Source: Haliotis rubra
Lineage: Eukaryota
Length of the DNA stretch: 64,000 nt
Assembly: GCF_003918875.1 (NCBI RefSeq)
Contig: NW_025766370.1
Location: forward strand, 1,364,001-1,428,000
Direction: 5' to 3'
A model generated the notes under the pieces. That model was not told the origin of the DNA and did no database searches. It saw nothing but the letters and a program-made list of their open reading frames with translations. Every line of letters begins with the position of its first letter. The first letter of the stretch is position 1. Positions 39,363 through 51,200 of the stretch are shown here, piece by piece. Position numbers and translations under genes: made by a program.

Positions 39363-41789
39363 CTTGTCCTGTTGTGTTATGTTTACAGGAGTCATCTACA
39401 ATACAGATCAAATCTGACACTCAAGAAAGTCAAACACGTGGCCGCTGAAACAAAAATACAACTTTTCCCAATTAGGCTAAGTGTCTCATTGTCGCAAGCA
39501 GGGGGAATCCGCAGTTCACGTGTTGTTTTACTGAAGCATAAAACTCTGGTGAAGTTCTTCAAAGCCCCCGGCAAAAAAATATTGATCGTCAATGTTGATG
39601 TCGACCTAAGCCGGACGCATTTTCCACTGCACTGTCAAGTTGTACATTGGCAAATACTTACCATGCGACACTATTGATCTTCCATGTATCAATTTTGCGA
39701 CAGTTTTCAACTCTGCTGTGAATGTGGGTGTTTTATAAATTTAGCTAGGCTAGGCTTGTCAGGTTTTCGAATTGCCACGGTGAAGGCAGGACAGAATGAA
39801 GCAAGGTGTTAGTATCATCGCTTCCCATTGGAAATAAATATGTTGTTCAGCTTTATATCTTATATCAATACCTGTTGATGTTATGTATGTAAGAAGGGAT
39901 ATGGCGCCCTATGATGTTCACACAGTGTGTTGTTAGTTTGAACTTACGGTTGCAACAGCCGTGGCTACTGCTGCAACTAGCCATGTTTATCCCTTCCCCT
40001 TGGTGTGCCATGATCTTGTGACTTCGAACCTTGGAATTTCCCTGATTATAATCACAGGTTTGTCAACTGTGTTTGCGGGTTTCCCGTAGTGGTACACGTC
40101 TAAAGCCCGCAATACTTTGGGGGAATCATAGCCAAACAAAGTAGACACACGACTTAGTCTCTCAGTCTGTCTGAAACTCCCAGACATCTCTCCGCCAGTG
40201 AAAGTAAAACAACATACTTTCGAAATACATTCCCGGGTCTACATCAGTGCAGATAAATACATTCGCATTATCATATTTTTGTCCCACATGTGCCAAAGCC
40301 GACTAATGATTACCTGAGTGATAATTGTCAGGGCAGTAACAACACACCAGACGCAAGTATGTTCCCTCAGGCGAGTATGTCATCGTTTGAAACACAGACA
40401 AATACTTTCAAATATATGACCTTCCTTTCATAACACATTCTCTCCAGCATAGAAAAAACTGCTGGAGAGGTCAGCACCAGAATCCTATCCCAAGGGCACG
40501 TTTTGTTTTTCAGATAATCACCAGAAAGTTGTTTTTTGAGATAATCACCAAAAAATTGTTTTTTCAGATAATCACCAGAACGTCTTCGCGAATCACGACA
40601 AACCGGAACACATTGTCTTAGATCCTGTAATATACGGAAGCCTTTCTCACCAGAACTCATACGCAATTCGATCCAGTACTTGAGTATTCCATGGATGCTG
40701 ATAGTGGCTCCCATCATTGCTATAGCTGCGGATCAAGAGTTGCTAATGTCGCCCTGTCTCAGCGAGTGGGGCAACGTTCCGACTAAATATAGCCTCAGTG
40801 ATCGCATTTCCAGAGCTTGTGACAATCTTTTCTTTGCGGAGGTACTTTATATGGAAATTTCTTAATTAGTCGAAACGCAATGTAGACCTTATGTTTCCTT
40901 AAATGGGATATGGTGGGATCTGTGACAGCTTCAACCATTTCTCTGGTCGTTCTGCGAGGCGCTTGCATAAAAACCTATCCCGATTTTTCGGAGCAAATTA
41001 CCTAAAGTCTTCAGAGATCTGAAAATGATTTGGAAACAGTCCTTGAAAAATCACATTCCTTCTAATGGAAGGTCGTTGCCGGAGCGATATGATATTCATG
41101 TGTTACATGTGAAAACTGAAAACTGACTGAAATTGGAAATATTCCTTCAGCATATTATGTTAAAGTGATTTATTGGTTGATTATAGATTAATTGCTCTAT
41201 TTAATCATTTTGTTGATCATCTGTTATATAATCATCAGTTTCGTTTTTTGTGGTAAGATAGCATGAATTCTTCGGTTTGGGGAGTATCAATTATGAATAT
41301 ATAATATTCAACATGAATTCCTTGGACGTAACGAACTTGCAATATTACAATTTCAAAAGAAAATTACATGCAGAAACACTTACCTTTCTCGATTTGTATC
41401 TAAGGAGACTTTGGGCCATGTCAGACCAAGGATTAAATATGAATGTGTATTAAAATCAGGGGAGATAATTAACCCGGTGCCTCACCATAATCACTGGGTT
41501 TTTTTCTATTATTATTATAAGGGAAAAATGTTTGTGACAAGTTATTCGTAAATGTATTCCATCAACATAGATATGATGGGAAACCGAAAAGTCGGAATAC
41601 TAATTAATCCATTTCTACATTTTTCATATTCAGCGGAATATACTTGACAAATTTCCACATTTCCAAGCACAAATGCATCGGGACATCTTACGATACTTCA
41701 TCGACAGTATGCACATTGGTAGCAATCATGTTGCCATTTTGTTTTGATACACACCCAGGATCCGTTCACCATCTATAAAATTCCTATCT

Positions 41790-42080
41790 ACATTCATATC
41801 TTGCCATTTTCATCGTATCGTGCCATTTACATCCAATCATTCACACCGTGCCATTCACATCTTATCATGTCATTCACATCGTGTCATTCACATCGAACTA
41901 TTGACATCACATCGTGTCCTTCATATCTTGCCATTCACATCATATCGTGTCACTCACATCATATCATGCTATTCCCATCGTGCGCTTCACATTGTGCCAT
42001 TGACATCTTGTCATTAACAACGTGTCATTCACAACACATCGTGACATTCACATCATGTAATTCACATCGTGTCATTCATT
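41790..42080. repeat. Degenerate ~17-19 bp tandem repeat
   Basis: catcgtgtcattcacat variants. Confidence 0.8.
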
Positions 42081-42344
42081 TACAATACGAGTGAATGAGT
42101 CTGGATGTCAGACAAAGTAGATCTGAGATTTAAGAGTCTCGATAATCGCGAATGGATGAATCAGTTGTGTAGACCCGCGCTACCACTTGCTATCCCCCGA
42201 TCCAACACCGATTTAAAACAGTGCGGATTATACCTGTTTCTATTCTTCACTGTCTGTTCTAAACACCTACAACCTAATATTGACTGCTATGCGATTACAT
42301 AGTTTACAAACTGAATGTGATGAAAGGGTATCTCCACAGCAACT

Positions 42345-42505
42345 GGGGGCGGTGGAGTGGTTAAAGCGTTCGCTCGTCACGCCGAAGACCCGGGTTCGAA
42401 TCCCCACATGCTTACAATATGTGAAGCCCATTTCTGGTGTCCCCCGCCGTGATGTTGTTGGAATATTGCTAAAAGCGGCGTAAAATCAAACTAAGTCAGT
42501 CAGGC
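42345..42505 (+). mobile_element. SINE family 1
   Basis: B box, body, CAGT tail. Confidence 0.92.
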
Positions 42506-43053
42506 AGTCCACAGAAATACGTGTAGCAACCTACTCAAGTCACATGCGGTTAACACCGAGTCTTGTACCCCTCCTGTGTTCGTTTAACCACGGGGATACG
42601 CGCGGTAAGCTATCCAGTGTCTCCCTTTCAGAAGTGTACAAAAGTTGTCAACGTGTTTTTTGGGGTTTTTTAGGGTTTTTATTAAAACTAAACAACTAAC
42701 AATGTAATGTTGATGTGTAGAATACAAAGGTTTGGTCTACTAATGCCTACAGAAAAATAGCTACAGGGAATAATAGCTACAAAGTTTGTTGTGACAGCGA
42801 TATGCTTACCTGCTCAAAATGGGACTGTATTGGTTAGTGGGCACTAATGCCTACAATGGGATTAGGGTAGTAAAGGGCAAAGAGCAATTAGCAGAGGCTA
42901 TGTTCCATCTCACACGGTTGAAGGATAGAAAAACATATTGAGGGATAACACAAAGTGAGAAGGAAATGTTTAATTTATTGAGAGAGATTTTTCTTATTGA
43001 GAAGGCAATGTATTGCTTTAAAACGCTCGTAACCAAAGTCTTCCTCGCTAACC

Positions 43054-43995
43054 ATTGCAAACCCAAAGAAAGTCGAGTACTTCACATCACAGAAAGGAGG
43101 ACAGCAGATACTACTAGATGGCTACAGATTCAGACTCAACAACCGACGATAGACCTGCTTACACTGGGAGTGTGTTCATGGAGGCTGCCTTGGTAAGTGC
43201 ACCCCAGTCGGACAGTTTGTTCGACATCAGTCCGCACACAACCATCCACAGGGAGATCAAGCAGCTTTGAAGATTGCCAGTGCTCTGCGGCGACGGGCAC
43301 AGACTGGGACAACGCCAGTACCGACCATCTACGACCATTCCAACCTCAACAGTACCGACCATTCCCACCTCAACAGTACCGACCATTCCCACCTCAACAA
43401 GACTGCCCAGACAGCTCATCCTAACAGTTTCGCTTTGGTGAAAGTGCTACAGAAGTTGGAGAAAGCTGAGAGGAACAGGTTGGTGCAGATGTCGCACGGC
43501 GCCCGTCCCCAACCTCGTGAGAGAATCTACACAGAGATCGACCAGAGACTCACAAGACTGAAGGACCAACTGACAACTGGAATCAGGGCGCCCGTCCCCC
43601 ACCCCGTAAGAGGATCTACACAGAGATTGACCAGAGACTCACACGACTGAAGGACCAACTGACAACTGGAATCAGGGCGCCCGTCCCCCACCCCGTAAGA
43701 GGATCTACACAGAGATCGACCAGAGACTCACAAGACTGAAGGACCAACTGACAACTGGAATCAGAGTGCCCGTCCCCCAACCCCGTAAGAGGATCTACAC
43801 AGAGATCGACCAGAGACTCACAAGACTGAAGGACCAACTGACAACTGGAATCAGGGCGCCCGTCCCCAACCCCGTAAGAGGATCTACACAGAGATCGACC
43901 AGAGACTCACACGACTGAAGGACCAACTGACAACTGGAATCACGACCACCATGGAGTTCCTCTCAGCTGCTGGACATCTGATTAAGTTGGCGTAA
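43054..43995 (+). pseudogene. Disrupted FLYWCH-MULE transposase lacking the DDE core
   Basis: YFTSQKGGQQILLDGYRFRLNNRR*TCLHWECVHGGCLGKC...HNHP (stop at 43150-43152) joined to HPNSFALVKVLQKLE...IYTEIDQRLTRLKDQ...MEFLSAAGHLIKLA*. Confidence 0.8.
43498..43942 (+). repeat. 89-90 bp tandem repeat, 5 copies, inside the MULE
   Basis: unit ggcgcccgtcccca..gagactcacaagactgaaggaccaactgacaactggaatcag at ~43498, 43587, 43676, 43765, 43855. Confidence 0.95.
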
Positions 43996-44888
43996 CTCAA
44001 GCGTAACTCAAACAGCTTGAATGACTTCAGTTGTCATCAGAAATGTATATTTGTATATTTGTATGTTTGTATATTTGTACATATGTAAATAATTCATGTT
44101 GATAAATGATCTAATATATGACTTAGAATGTAATTTAATGTCATCTCAGTTAATAATTCAATAATATGTAATGTAATGTATTGTAATTTTGTGTGAAGAA
44201 ATGAAAATGATATTATTAAATCTTATAAAATGTCATTTAAAAGTCTGTGTTTTGTATTCCCTGTAGGCATTAGTGCACAATGAAGTGGGACCTACCACTT
44301 TAGTGAAAGGGTAGAGGCAGTACAATTTGTAACCACTGGTGCGTAAAATTGTTTATTTAAGACTGTAGGGGTTGTTCCCTGTAGGCATTAGTATACTCCA
44401 TCAATACAAATACGGAATCTGAACTGTCACAGACACGTTTCGAAAAAGATTAAAATGCATGAATTTCTTACACAATATCAGTTGTTCACTAGTCTCGAGG
44501 GGGACATGGGCTGATGTAAGCGGGGTACATTGAAAATAATAGGAGTGCGCTCAGCCAATAAGAAAACGACATTTATGTCTGAGGCAAGATAATTACACAT
44601 AAACCCCATATGCCCACATATAAATGTTACAGATAAAATTACCATAGCATTGCAGCAACGCCTAGCTTATGGCCGCATTAAAAATGCTCAGACATTTTAA
44701 TTACTTTTGTGCAAATCGCAGACTGTATCAAGGAAGTTACAGTTCGTCTTCATTGTTTTCATTCATCTAGACGGCGTTTTGGTGCTCAGGATGTACATGT
44801 ATTCAAAATGTGGAAAAGAAAGTCGTTTTTACACAGTAATGTTGTCTGACAGAGCAGCACTACAATTAAAAATAGACTCCATTTTGAA

Positions 44889-45025
44889 GTCACGCCAAAG
44901 ACCCGGGTTCGATTCCCCACATGGGCACAATGTGTTAAGCCCATTTCTGGTGTCCCCCGCCGTGATGTTGCTGGCATATTGCTAAAAGCGGCGTAAAAAT
45001 AAACTCAGTCAGTCAGTCAGTCAGT
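44889..45025 (+). mobile_element. SINE family 1, 5'-truncated
   Basis: TSD tccattttgaagt. Confidence 0.92.
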
Positions 45026-45242
45026 CCATTTTGAAGTTGAGAAATGATCATGAAACTGCAATCCGTTGTTATGAAACTGAACGCACATGTGAGGCGACTG
45101 ATTATATTCCAGAAGCACAGCAATATAATGTCACTGACAAAGTGTCAAACAGTTTGTTTAGTCAGCTGCGTGGCGGCGACCAATCACGTGACTGTTAGTC
45201 TTTGAAAGATTCATTGATAAGAGACCTACTATTAGGGTCCAA

Positions 45243-45412
45243 ACCCCGTGAAGATCCGGGGTTGTAAATTGGTCTTCAGCAACCCATTTTTTTCGTAAAA
45301 GAAGACTAAAAGGATTTGGTGGTCAGTCTCGCTGATTTGGTTGACACATGCCTTCGTATCCAAATTACGTAGAGTATAGGTGGAGTATTGCTGAGTGCGG
45401 CGTTAAACAACA
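45243..45412 (+). mobile_element. Retroposon family 2, internally deleted
   Basis: both termini present. Confidence 0.8.
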
Positions 45413-46469
45413 TACAAATGAATGAATATTAACGGCAATATGGCTGTCGTAGGGAGAGTTTGATTCGTACAAAAGAGCAGAGGACAGCAGGAGTCTGTCC
45501 AGACAACAAAGTGTCTGTCCAGACAACGAAGACTCCGGGTTTGATTCCCGACATCTAAGCAATCCTAGGTCAAAATATTTCTTGAATAGTGAAAGCGATG
45601 GAAACCCACTCACTGGACAGAGAACAATTACATGCACGGATAACCTTTTCGTCTAAGACGCAACAATTAAACGTGAAGATTTCTGTCCCTTTTGGTCCCA
45701 GAACACCATAATCATCAGCCTGGTTCCCTTCGACAGTGTCGAATGGTAGCGCAGCAGACCCCACACTCCGGCGCAGTGATGACTTAGCATAACATAACTG
45801 CCACAGGCTAATTTGCATATCACGTGACCGGACTTTTCTCTCGTTTGTAATCATACGCGCATATTCGTAAATAAGACGAGACTGGCCTAATGCAAGCTTT
45901 ATAATGTTTTACATTGTTACATATATGTTTATGACAATACATATTTATATATCAAACTGGCCACATCATTGGCTCTCCGAAGGGCTTCGATGACAGCACG
46001 TGGAACCACACAACCTATGTAAACAAAGAATCGCTGCGCAACTCGAAATAGTGTTACACGTTGGAGGATATTTTCTCAGTGAAACTAAACAATTCTGTCG
46101 AAGATGTTTATTTAGATGTGTAGATTCGTCAAAAATAAAAGAGCTAAGAAATATGTACAATATATTGAATTTACAGTGCAAGATGTGACGAATCCTCACA
46201 TCTCTCTGGACTGTGCTGGTCGCATGGAACTCTGGGTAGGAGAGTGAGCAGACCCCGGGAACCAGGATGTATAGTCATTGGTTCCAATACCTGACACGTC
46301 CCGAAAATTAGTTTTAATTTGCATGCGTATCATCAAAAGTGGTATAAGTCTAAACCGTTTTCCGTTGTCACCCTGCGATGTAATCTGAAGTGGCATTCAA
46401 GCTGGTGTCAAACCCACTCATTCATTCACGTTTACTGATACAAGCATTCAATTCCCTTAATCGCATAAA

Positions 46470-46962
46470 TGCGGTGGGGTTACCTAGTGGTTAGAGCATT
46501 CGCTCGTCACACCGAAGACCTGGGTTTGATTATCCACATAAATACAATATGTGAAGCCTATTTCTTGTGTACCCCGCCGTGATATTGCTGGAATATTGCT
46601 TAAAGCAGAGTAAAACTATACTTACTCACTCACTCACTCACTTTATCGCTTAAATGCGGTGGGGTAGCATAGGGGTTAAAGCGTTCGCTCGTCACACCGA
46701 AGACCAGGGTTTGATTCCCCACATGAATACAATATGTGAAGCCCATTTCTGGTGTCCCCCGCCGTGATATTGCTGGAATATTGCTTAAAAGCGGCGTAAA
46801 ACTATACTTACTTACTCACTCACTCACTTTATCGCTTAAATGCGGTGGGGTAGCGGTGTTCGCTCGTCACACCGAAGACCTGGGTTTGATGACCCACATT
46901 AATGCTATATGTGAAGCCCATTTCTGGTGTCCCCCGCCGTGATATTGCGGAATATTGCTAAA
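46470..46962 (+). mobile_element. Head-to-tail triplet of SINE family 1
   Basis: three ~185-bp units each preceded by atcgc(a/t)taaat. Confidence 0.93.
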
Positions 46963-47898
46963 AAGTTGCCCAGCGGTTAAAGCCAACAAAGTTTTATATT
47001 TCTTTCGCAAAGACGTCACAACACTAAATACATAGAAAGTTCATGGTTTTAATACACACACATATACATGCATACGACAATATAATCTGTTGGACCTCAC
47101 CGACCCCCACGACTTGAGATCCGTTCAGCTGTATGTTTATGACGTCAGACAGGGATTCAGTCCAGACATACATCCTCAAAAACATTTAATTCATTTATTT
47201 TACTAACATTAACATCAGTCTGTTGATGGCACATTGCAAGTACGGTAAGGCGAACGTATAAAAAGACATTAAGACGCAGCGTTTGACATTATAGCACTGT
47301 ATCCAATCTGGAAATCCATTGATCAAGTAACAGTTAATATATCCAATACAACAGAGTTTGTTTTATGAAAGAGATTAGGAAAAGTAACTCCATGTGTTCT
47401 TGTAAATGTGATTTTGGACACAAACAGTAGTGTGTGTTTTCCGTAAAACGGGAGGACAATTCTGCGCAGAATTGAGGCTGCCATAATTACGACCGAGTTG
47501 GGGGTCTCGTGGTAACATCGCGTATTCCATTATGACAAAAACCATTAGATTGATCATTTGCGACGAAATTCACGTATGCGATAACTTACACTCGTTCCAT
47601 GATCACGCCTGATTATTTCGTAAATAATACTTTAAAGATTTATGCAGTGAAAATACCCGAACACCTGTTTCACTTAAAACGATATAACAATTGTTTTAAA
47701 AACCTAATCGCTATATATGTGGGCGACCTATATATCATATGAATGAAACACATTAAACAAAATACAAACACTTCGAAAGAAAATATGAATTAGAAACAAA
47801 AGATATGTTCCCGCATAGTTGTATATCCTCACAAAATATGCTCTGCTCAAAATGTTCCAATATTGATCATCGGAATCCGGGTTCGTTTCCCTTACGAA

Positions 47899-48289
47899 CT
47901 AGTCATCGTTGCCAGTTTTGGCTAAAACGACTGAAGAAGCAGGGCAGTGTTCAAGAGGGATGGCGCTGTCATCCTTCACTGGTTTCTTCTTCTTCCATTT
48001 CTCCATCAGTCTGTCCGATTCTCTCTCCATCTTCTTAAAGTAGCTGCTTAATCCTTTGTTCTCCATCTCCCGTTGACGGAGAAACACAGCCTCCACCTTC
48101 TTGTGGTGCTGCTGGGCTCTCTCTTGAATCTGTTCCATGCGTTGTTTGTGACGTAGACGAGCCTCGTGTATGCTGATGTAGATTCTTCTACACGCGTTTT
48201 TCACGTCTCCCTTGGGTTCCCAGAGTTCCTTCTCTCGCTGCATGTGTTGGTCGGGCTTGGGCTTGTACCTGTACGGCGGGGTACTGGTG
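47899..48289 (-). CDS. Last exon of the minus-strand gene (TSTPPYRYKPKPDQHMQREKELW...LAKTGNDD*)
   Basis: ORF 47899..48300, acceptor at 48291-48290, coding-like composition. Confidence 0.72.
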
Positions 48290-51200
48290 CTGTTAAACAT
48301 ACAAATTATTATAATTATTAAGGAGTGAGTGAGTTGGGTTTTAAGCCGCTTTTAACAACGTTTCAGCAACATCACGGAGGGGGAAAACCAAAAATGGGCT
48401 TCACACATTGTACCCACGTGGGGAATCGAACTGGACCGGACTGAGTTTGGTTTTACGCCGCTTTTAGCAATATTCCAGCAATATCACGGCGGGGGACACC
48501 AGAAATGGGCTTCACACATTGTGCCCATGTGGGGATTCGAACCCGGGTCTTCGGCGTGACGAGCCAACGCTTTAACCATTAGGCTACCCCACCGCTCCCC
48601 GAACTAGGGATGGGCGATAATACCGGTTTACCTGTATATTGCAATTCGAACTTCACAGTAGTATATATTGCGGTACTTTTCGCGAATCGGTTCAACCGAT
48701 ACGATCGGCAATTTCCGTGACCATGATCGGTAATTTTTGTGATGAAGTCAAAACTGCTAATAACATTTGTATTTCCTTTATATTATTATCCATTAGTAGT
48801 TTTGAGAATGTTTATTGTTCATATAGTTGCATTTGCGTGACTTTTAAACATTATACATAAACAAAAATAGATTGGTACCGGCACTGGTTGTAGGGATAAA
48901 CAAACCAAAATGGCGGACACCGCTGCAGACGCATTGTTTCTCGAGTTCCAAACTTTAGTGCGAAGTCTTCACTTTGGAAACATTTTCAATTGATCACTTG
49001 TACAATTACATCTGCCAGTGGCAATGTTTCAAAAGAAAGGAAAAAGTAATTTCATCACCTTAAACCATGTGTTACACTTTCACAATATATTGCAATACAT
49101 ACTGCAGTACGTCAACAGATATCATAATATATCGCAATATGAACATTTTGGCAGTACCCAACAAGAAATCGAACCTGGGTATTTTACGTGACGAGAGAAC
49201 GCTTTAACCACTAGGCTACCCTATCACCACAGTTATTTAGGACATAAACATACTACGTTGTCATTATAGAGCTTGCTTATCTCAAGATAATTACTGTTGT
49301 TGTCATTTTTGACTGTTGTTGTCGTTTTAACACGGTTGTTGATTGTAAAACTGTTGTTAAAATTTTAAAATACTGACAGATAATAATTGAAAAAGAAGTT
49401 ATTTTATATTAGTGTTGGTTCCCCTATGACGCAGCCTCTAAATCTACTGTTTCAACTGGACATGAAAGGCCTACTCCAGGTATACCCTAGTGTGACTGTG
49501 CTTCGTGAAGTTGTGGCACAAGGGACATAACTCTTGTTTACTGACCGATTTGCAGATTCTGCGAATTCTAACGATATTATCTCCGCTTCTTTCAGTTAAG
49601 AGACTGTACGTCTTGAGAAGTATGGTAATCTACAAAATAGCTCAAAACATCAAGCCTATGTAGATACCTTTTTAAGATGTCATAACATGTTATCCTTAGC
49701 CTCTCTTCTACTTGACAAAAAGACACGTTCTGAAAATATCTGCTCAATTTGAGTGGTCTGTTATATAACAGGTGGGGCAGCAGCTACTAAAGCACTGTCG
49801 GAAATGCTAGAAAACATGCTTTGACTTTTATTTAAAATTCAGAGATATTACAGTTACTTAAATAACAAAAATCACTTTAAGAAACATCTACCTAATGTAG
49901 ACCGAGGGAATAAATTATGAGACATGCCCTAAAATGTGTTTTTACATATGAAAATATAAAAAACTTAGAAATATAAGGGGTAGTGGAACGCTATTTGATA
50001 CAAATATTAACTGCCTGTGTTATGTAATCAGCATGCACTGTATCGACAGGTGAATTTGACACCTGAGCACACGCTCGGGTGAGGGGTCATTATCAATAGA
50101 TTTTTTTCTTCATAATGTTGAATTTGTGTACGTATATAGAGATTATTACCGAGTGTGTTTCCGTATCATTAACATCATATATTAGGAATAAAAATTGTAT
50201 CGCTCGCATAATATACATAATTTTTATTCCTAATGTATGATATTAATGATACGGAAACAAACTAGGTTAATAATCTCTTTATCATATAATGTCATTCTTA
50301 AAATTAATCTTAAAAAAGAAAAGAAAAAAGCAAATCGTTCGTGAAGAGAATTGAGCATTCGCGTAAGAATACTCAGCGGTACACCAAGGTGAAGGTCGTT
50401 CATGACGGCGGCATATGGTTGTGACTAGTCCATAATACAGTGCAAACATAACTCATGCTTAAAATAAGATCTTTCTGTCTAAAAAGAACAACAAAATCGG
50501 GCAGGGTTTTCTTGGTAGTTTTTCTATTTTCATTGCAGGTAATCACCTCATCAATATCAGTTTCGGATACCTGACGGAATCGATTCTTCGTCTGTATTGT
50601 GATGGATAGATCGAAATCCTTGGTTGGTACCTTTCGTAGACGATTGCCTGTCAGTCGTGCCTAATAATCCGTACCTTCAATTTGAACGAATTAATCCGTT
50701 TCATGTTTTCCAAAGTCAATTACTGCCGTAACGACTCCAAAACCTCTATCGTCAATTCTTACAGAATCACCAATTTTGAGAATGGAGGCAGCCATGTTTG
50801 TTTACAAACAATGTAAACTCGCGACGACGTCATCAATGAAATGTTATACGTTTTAGGATTCTGATGGCGTGTATGGAGTTTTGTGAAAGTAGTTCGTGGA
50901 TTGACGTAATTTGCATAGTTATCAGATTTGGATACCACGTTCATCAGATTGCTTTATTACACCGATACCACCCTCCATTAGATGATAAAGTATACGTATT
51001 GGATCCACATTCCGCACACCAACAACACCTATATATATTAATGTAGTTGTGTACTTTGGCCAACGATTTAACGAAGTCACTGGTATAGCTTCTTTAGAAC
51101 AGGTATATAGAGAGATGGCTGTGTCGAAGTAGAACCGGATGAGCAATTATAACTGTTTATGTCGTTATTTGTTTGCTCAAGAGTCACTGTATGAAAATAA

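Larger units (their letters stand above)
42729..44402 (+). mobile_element. Internally deleted MULE (Phantom-type, FLYWCH) DNA transposon
   Basis: 8-bp TSD AATACAAA (42721-42728, 44403-44410); imperfect TIRs with TACTAATGCCTACAG 9 nt from each end, repeated subterminally; FLYWCH finger and transposase C-terminus inside. Confidence 0.85.

Noticed and set aside
36246-39395. Long minus-strand ORFs (up to 655 aa)
   Set aside because: They arise from a 35-bp unit with no stop codon on that strand; all three frames are open and the unit is not a multiple of 3, so there is no coding signal.
45630-46290. Exon-like minus-strand segments (46200-46290, ~45960-46014, ~45645-45808)
   Set aside because: Splice signals are plausible, but joining them gives an early stop and no recognisable protein.
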